From NCBI GenBank assembly GCA_020536535.1, contig JAHLWZ010000638.1, positions 1 to 42,953 on the forward strand: a stretch of 42,953 bases of DNA, read 5' to 3'. The notes beneath the pieces are model-generated. The model had not been told where the DNA came from and did no database searches. It was given only the letters and a program-made list of their open reading frames with translations. Source of the stretch: Pelomyxa schiedti (lineage: Eukaryota > Protista > Evosea). Shown here one piece after another: positions 37,207-42,953 of the stretch (the first letter of the stretch is position 1; every line of letters begins with the position of its first letter). The position numbers were made by a program, and so were the translations under genes.

Positions 37207-40200
37207 TCAGGAACGCTTGGCTGAACTTGTGTTTGTGTTTCTGGTTTTGGGTCTCCCTCCTCCTATTCCTCCGTCACGGGATGAACTTGTTTTCGAATGA
37301 CCTTCTTGTTGCTCCCTGATCCACGCCTTGAGTTTCTTCACCACTTGATGACACCTCCGCGGCCAGAACTCCTCACTTGATTCCAGAAACAGGCATCCCG
37401 TGTCCGGCAGTGCCATGAAGATTTCTGTGTTATTAAGGGAAGTTTTAGTTTGTATGTTTTATTTGTTTGTTTGTTTTTTTACCATCTTGAGCGAAACTCC
37501 TCCCTATCTGCGCCTTGAGGCCCAGTTGCGCATGCTTAAGCAGCACAATGTCACCGGGGTTCAGGTTCCTGAGTCCAAGGGCCTCCAAGCAGTGTTGGGC
37601 TACGAACACTTTCAGCGCACACGGCGTGGTGGTGCCCGGAAAGGCAGCGGTGTAAGTGTTGCCTTTTTCCTGCTTCATTATGCACACCAATGCATCTGGG
37701 CAGAAGTAAGGACAACGTGCGGTTTCCAAACTATACAAGTCAACAGGAAAACCAACACACATTACCTCCAATCACTGTTTGGGGGTGTTCAGCTTTGCGT
37801 GAATCTTTGTCAATCTGCAGCAGTGTTTCCGCAGGTAGCACTTCAAAGGCAATTTCAGTCCCAAAGACTGCAGGCGGTTCGGTTTCGGTTATAAGAAGTA
37901 TGCAGCGACGTGCACTGAACTGATACGAGTTACTCCTCACTCTAGTGGAGACCCCAGTGGATACGCCAGAAATCCAATGCAGCTCTCCAAGAATCATTTC
38001 TGTCATAACAAACTGTTCTGTTCCGGGTGCAGGCGTGAAGAACGCTTCGGCTCCCTGCAATGAGTGTGTATGTCGCGCGTTAGTGTGTTCGATGCAAAAA
38101 CAGAAACAGAAACAGAAACAGAAACAGAAACAGGGGACCAAACGAACCAGGCGGTCAACAGCGTAAACTTTCTCTGGAATTCTTTCTGTGGTCGCTGGGT
38201 CCACTGTGTAAACAAGAAGAATGATGCGGACTAACACGTCACTGCAGGTTCCCACACACAACTCTTCGAAGCTTCCAAGTCGAACCACTTCGGGTGGTTC
38301 GGCGCCTTGAGTGGAACTGGTGGAATCGTCCCCCAACGTTTCTTCTTCATCATTGAGTGTGTCGGGGTCCCCTCCACGGGTCGCAGGAGTCACTGACGCT
38401 GATTCAATAATGCTCCTCCCACTGGTCCCTTCCGAGATATGTTGCTGTGACTCTTCGTCCTCATTGTCATTCTCATGCTCTTTGTAATGTTTATCATCAC
38501 TGTCATTTCCATCTTCATTTGAATCAAGGGTATGTGAATCTGCTTTGTATTCACATAAGGGTTCACAAGAGTGACGCCTGGCAACTTCAACCACAACACC
38601 GCCTGAGCCGTTCGTTGTGTGCGTTGGACTAGTCGCAGCAACAATGGTTCCAGAAGGTGACAAGTCGCATACAACTTGAGGGAGTTTTGCCTCAGAGTCG
38701 ATTCCTGATTCGGAATGGAAGTCCCCGTCGTTCACTGAGTTGGAAGAAGGAGGTGCTGCCTCTCTAACTGGGGTTTGGGGCTTTGAAGAAGCCCCCGGGG
38801 CACCCACCCTGGACCTCTTCTGCTGAGGTGCTTTGGCAAATTCACCCGGATCTGGACCACAGACACCGGAGTCGGCGGCAATCTGAGCCGGCTCCAGCAA
38901 GGGCGAGTGGGGCGCGAATTGATCCGGGTCTGAAGACTTCGATTTCGATGAGGAGCTGGTAACAGCAGTGGTATTTGCGGCACTGGTTTGGGGCTTGAAG
39001 GTTGTACTCGCCTCATCGGTAGCTGGAGTTGTTGTCGTAGCCTCCGAGGGAGTTGCCGCTGTAGCTGGGAGCATTGGTGGTGACTCGAGTTCTACCAGCC
39101 ATGGGTCTTGCAAGACTTGCGTAGAGTCCGGTCTGGCCTCAGAGTCATATGAAAGAAGTCTCCTTATCAGCAGTTTTGCTGGGGAAGAAAAGGTGAGAAA
39201 ATTTTGGGTTCAAGGCGGTGGGGGTGACCACGAACCTTCATCACTCACTTTACTCCATACTGGTGAGGAAGTGAAGTCCAATGTTCCTTCTTTAATTTGA
39301 GCTAGGTCTTGATAGGGCGCTTTGCCGGCAAAGCTGTAGTATATAGTGGCCCCCATGGACCACATGTCAGCTTTATTTGTCCGCGGCTTCCCTTCCAGCA
39401 GTTCCAGCATTTCTGGCGCTGAAGGATATCAGGATTTTGCAGAAAAGAAAACTCCAATACCGACCCTGGAAACGTGGGGTCCCACAGGAGGTGTCGATCT
39501 CCCCGGTTTTCCGCGCAAGCCCGAAGTCAACCAAGTAGGGTTTGTGGTGGGGGATGGCTGAGCTGCCCAAATGAGCTGGCTGTTCCCGAAGAATGATGTT
39601 CTTCGGCTGTGGGAAACGGTAAGGGTGAACCACACTCGAGCAAGTACTACGAGAAACGCACATTGACATCTAAATGAGTGTAGCCACAGTCGTGAACCTG
39701 TTTCAGAGCAGAAAATAGTCCCCTGGAAATTCGTTTTACTTCATCTTCTCTAAGACAGTGGTCTGTTGTGTCCATTATGACCTGGTCCAAAGTACGCCCT
39801 GGCACCCTTGTTTTGTTGTGTGTTTTTTAACGGTTAGTGACGTATGCAGCTGAGGGAATGAAGCACACCAATCCATTGCAAGGTAGAATTTCTTTGTTGA
39901 CATGTGCGTAGCGTGGAACTCTGGAATGCACTCGTGTGAAAGCCTGCATGGGGAAAAAATGATTGAGGTGAATCAGTCCTTCTTTTTCGGGGGCAGAAAT
40001 TACCTGGCAAGGAGTGTCGCCTCCTTTAGTAGTGTCTCATTAAGTTTGGTCTCGTCGTTACTGAGCTCTGGGTAAATCTTCTTTAGTCGCTCTTTTTCGA
40101 CGACCTGGAGAACGATGAGTGAGGAAAGAATGGCGGCCAAGATGTTGACCTTAACAGCTGATGAGACCTGTTTAAATAGATCAAAACCTTCGTAGATCGT

Positions 40201-41310
40201 GGCAAACGTGCCACTGGGAAAGAATTATTGAAATGTTTCCTCTCCACCAACAAAAGAAAAGAGAGAGACATAGAAAGAGAATGATGACATACGAGGCTAT
40301 AGGCTGCATCAAAGTAATATTTCTGCCGTTACCCTCTATTTTTTTTAAGGGCAGGCTTCTTGAGAATAGAAACTCTGGAGTGTGTGTTGTTAGGTGCCTA
40401 GCAGCAGCACGAAAAAGATTTGTTGAAGGGCATGCCTTGGCTTCCAATACGGATTGTTTCGGAGTTGTTCAGTAATGTGGATTGACCTTGTTCAATGCGT
40501 TTTGCCCCTATTGTTACGCGTGCATGACAACTGTAAGTTTTAAGTATATATACTGTAAGTCAAGGGGAAGCCTAAAACGCCAGAGCTTCCACTTCTCACG
40601 TTAAAAAAGGTTGATATTTCTTTTTCTTTGGGCTCGCTACGGCCTCGTCGCGCGGTCTTCGCAGTTCTATTGTGAAGTGCACTGGTTTGACTTCGTCCTC
40701 TTCCAGTGCCTTCGGGTCCCGTATCGCCGCGTTTGTGTATATGATGTGACAGGGAGCTCTTGACCCAAAGGTCGTTCGTGCATCTAGGTTTGTTAAATTT
40801 AGAGTAAGGGTCAATTGACCCAATTTCCCCTACACTGAAGTTCCCAAGTTTTTGCCGGTTGAATAGTAATGTGGCTCAAGGTACCCCAATTGCCCTTCTT
40901 AGAGACTTTCTTGTGAGTCTTCTCGCTGAAGTGCCTTTCATGTAAATAAAGAAAGATATTAAACCTCATTCACTGTGCGGTCCCTGTTCTTGCCTGAATT
41001 CACGTCACTCTTTGCGAGATTGAGAATAAATACAAAACAGTGGGCACTCTGGCCCCACTTTACATACTTTGGTTGTATTGCTCGTACTTGGTGGGGACCG
41101 TTTGCGGTTGCTTCTTCTCTGCAAAAAAAAAAAAAAAAAAAAAACCTAAGTAGTCTGACAAAACAACCACGTGTTTCGTGCCGTGGTTGAAATTATTATT
41201 AGTTATTTTTTTTTTTTTTTTTTTGGCTCCGGCGACGGGAGCCATTATGGGATGGGTGCACATACAGAGCCGGATACAGCCCTTGAATCCCTAGTCGTAG
41301 AGTTGGACAT
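37207..41310 (-). CDS. Multi-exon CAMK-like Ser/Thr kinase + long Ser/Thr/acidic linker + C-terminal beta-rich (possibly OB-fold) region
   Basis: IAS|GTFATIY, SAVK, LLKEA, THLDVN|PKNIIL, LVDFGLAR, CGTPRFQ|APE, ADMWSMG, RRLLSYDSEARP..VLQDPW. The last kinase exon (acceptor at 39179-39181) is in frame with ORF 37740-39113. The 5' exons and start (MSNSTTRD, 41310) are tentative. Confidence 0.8.
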
Positions 41311-41539
41311 GTTCGGAGTTGACCGAGCCTCGTCGCTCGAGAATTTAATGTGGACTACACCGGAATGCGATTGAACGAAGAAAAATTTGAACGCGAATCG
41401 TGTTTTTTTTTTTGAAACCGAACGGTGTTGTGAAATTGAATACTTTTATGGTTGGGTTTTTTTGAAAAAAAATATGGCAAAGCAAGGGGTACCATGAGCC
41501 AAGCGGTCTGTGAACAAGCGTGCTGGACTGCTTGTTTGT

Positions 41540-41902
41540 TGTTTTTGAATCCTTTTTTTTTTTTGTTTGTTGAAGGCCATTATTGAAGGGAATTACGAAA
41601 CGCCGACGAAGTTGTGCTGAACAGGCAACTCTATCAATGTGTGCACACTCTGTTCCACATAGAACCAACAAATGTNNNNNNNNNNNNNNNNNNNNNNNNN
41701 NNNNNNNNNNNNNNNNNNNNNNNNNNNNNNNNNNNNNNNNNNNNNNNNNNNNNNNNNNNNNNNNNNNNNNNNNNNTTTTTGAATCCTTTTTTTTTTGTTT
41801 GTTGAAGGCCATTATTGAAGGGAATTACGAAACGCCGACGAAGTTGTGCTGAACAGGCAACCTATCAATGCACACTCTGTTCCACATAGAACCAACAAAT
41901 GT
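41540..41902. repeat. ~125-bp direct duplication on both sides of an N-gap
   Basis: tttttgaatcc...agaaccaacaaatgt at ~41543-41675 and ~41776-41902, with small indels. Confidence 0.9.
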
Positions 41903-42953
41903 ACTTTATGTATTATAACACCCTTTCTGTTACCAAGTCGGCTACTTCTACTTCTACTTCTACTTCTACTTTCACAACCCTTGCAGCACCAAGGTTTTTT
42001 TTTTTCCACTTGTACTTCTCACGATAGTAAGACCACAAGGTTGTTTTTTTACTGTTTTCGATAATTAATTATATCAAAGATTTTCCAACCCAGTTCCTTC
42101 TTACGCAAGCACGCCATCACATGAGTGGACACCTGCTTCCCTCCACTTTATCCCTTTCCACATTAACATCCTTTACAAAAAAAAGGCATTTGTTTTGCCA
42201 AGTATTTCCGTTGAATTGTGTCAGTGATAAGGGAGATAATAGAAATGGCTTTATTTCGTTTTGCCTGGTGGAAGTAGTGAGTTCTGTGTGTGCAAGGTGT
42301 AAGTCACACTTTCGCTCCTAGGTGCGGCAACTCAGACAAAATCAGGAGAGGTGTTGTGGGAATTAATTTGAAAGAGGGCAGTAAGCACCCATACCTGCGC
42401 AAAAGTAAGTGGGCCTCTCTGTTCTACTATAGCACCAATATTATAGGTGAAAATAAAATAAGTACACTTCGTACACAAATAGAGACTCTTGCCTTCGCTG
42501 TTGGTTGATGCAGAGCACCCATTTCGTCAATTCAATCGGAGAATCAACAGTAATATTGCGGTGAGTACTTTTTCAACAATAAGATATTTATTGGTAATAA
42601 AAAAACAAAAGAAGAAACCTTTTAGTGGTTGCCACCATAAAATTCACTGGGCCTTTTTTGTTGGTTTAGAGTCGCATCTTTGTCTAGTAGAGAACCTCAA
42701 TTTGAGCTCCAATGATCTTCTTTGTTGTTCGGCTTATATCAGCATACCTGGATAGTATTAGAACCTAACATAGGGGAAAAAAAAGGGTAACTGAAAAGGC
42801 TTTCCACTGGAAGTTGAGAGCAACCACATCCAATTAGTCAAACAAAACAACAACGAGCACTTCGGGGATGTTACAGCGGTGTCGGCCGATGCCAACTTGG
42901 TGGTGTCGTCAAAGTCCTTGTTGGGTTGTTTCCGATGTGTGCACAACACCTGG

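Noticed and set aside
38090-38135. CFCFCF 'motif' in ORF 37740-39113
   Set aside because: It is a (cagaaa)n microsatellite, most likely inside an in-frame intron.
41540-41902. Biological tandem duplication
   Set aside because: The copies flank a 100-N gap, so this is more likely an unmerged contig overlap or allelic ends.

Overview
Eukaryotic draft-genome sequence with four N-gaps, many short (about 45-110 nt) GT-AG introns, homopolymer runs and microsatellites. The style suggests an intron-rich protist, possibly an amoebozoan; this is inference only. The main feature is a minus-strand gene at 7174..479. The ORF track splits it into six pieces, but it splices cleanly by hand (9 exons, 8 GT-AG introns, all phases compatible, 6213 nt) into one protein of about 2070 aa. 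Domain order is: unknown helical N-terminus, MfnB-like/aldolase-type TIM barrel, LOG-family phosphoribohydrolase, ribose-5-phosphate isomerase A, HAD phosphatase, EEP nuclease/phosphodiesterase. It looks like a single-polypeptide pathway from nucleic acid or nucleotides to pentose phosphate, built from bacterial-type domains. The window also holds three atypical kinase genes: a pseudokinase-RING fusion, an FHA-kinase lacking both Mg-binding residues, and a CAMK-like kinase with a possible OB-fold tail. Other contents are a tail-anchored orphan ORF, three decayed hAT transposon copies, two decayed pogo/DDE_1 elements each followed by a ~30-bp minisatellite, a UBR/PRT6 C-terminal pseudogene fragment, and a 1.7-kb segment bounded by a perfect 47-bp inverted repeat. 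No rRNA, tRNA or CRISPR array was recognised. All domain calls come from motifs read by eye; no database search was run.
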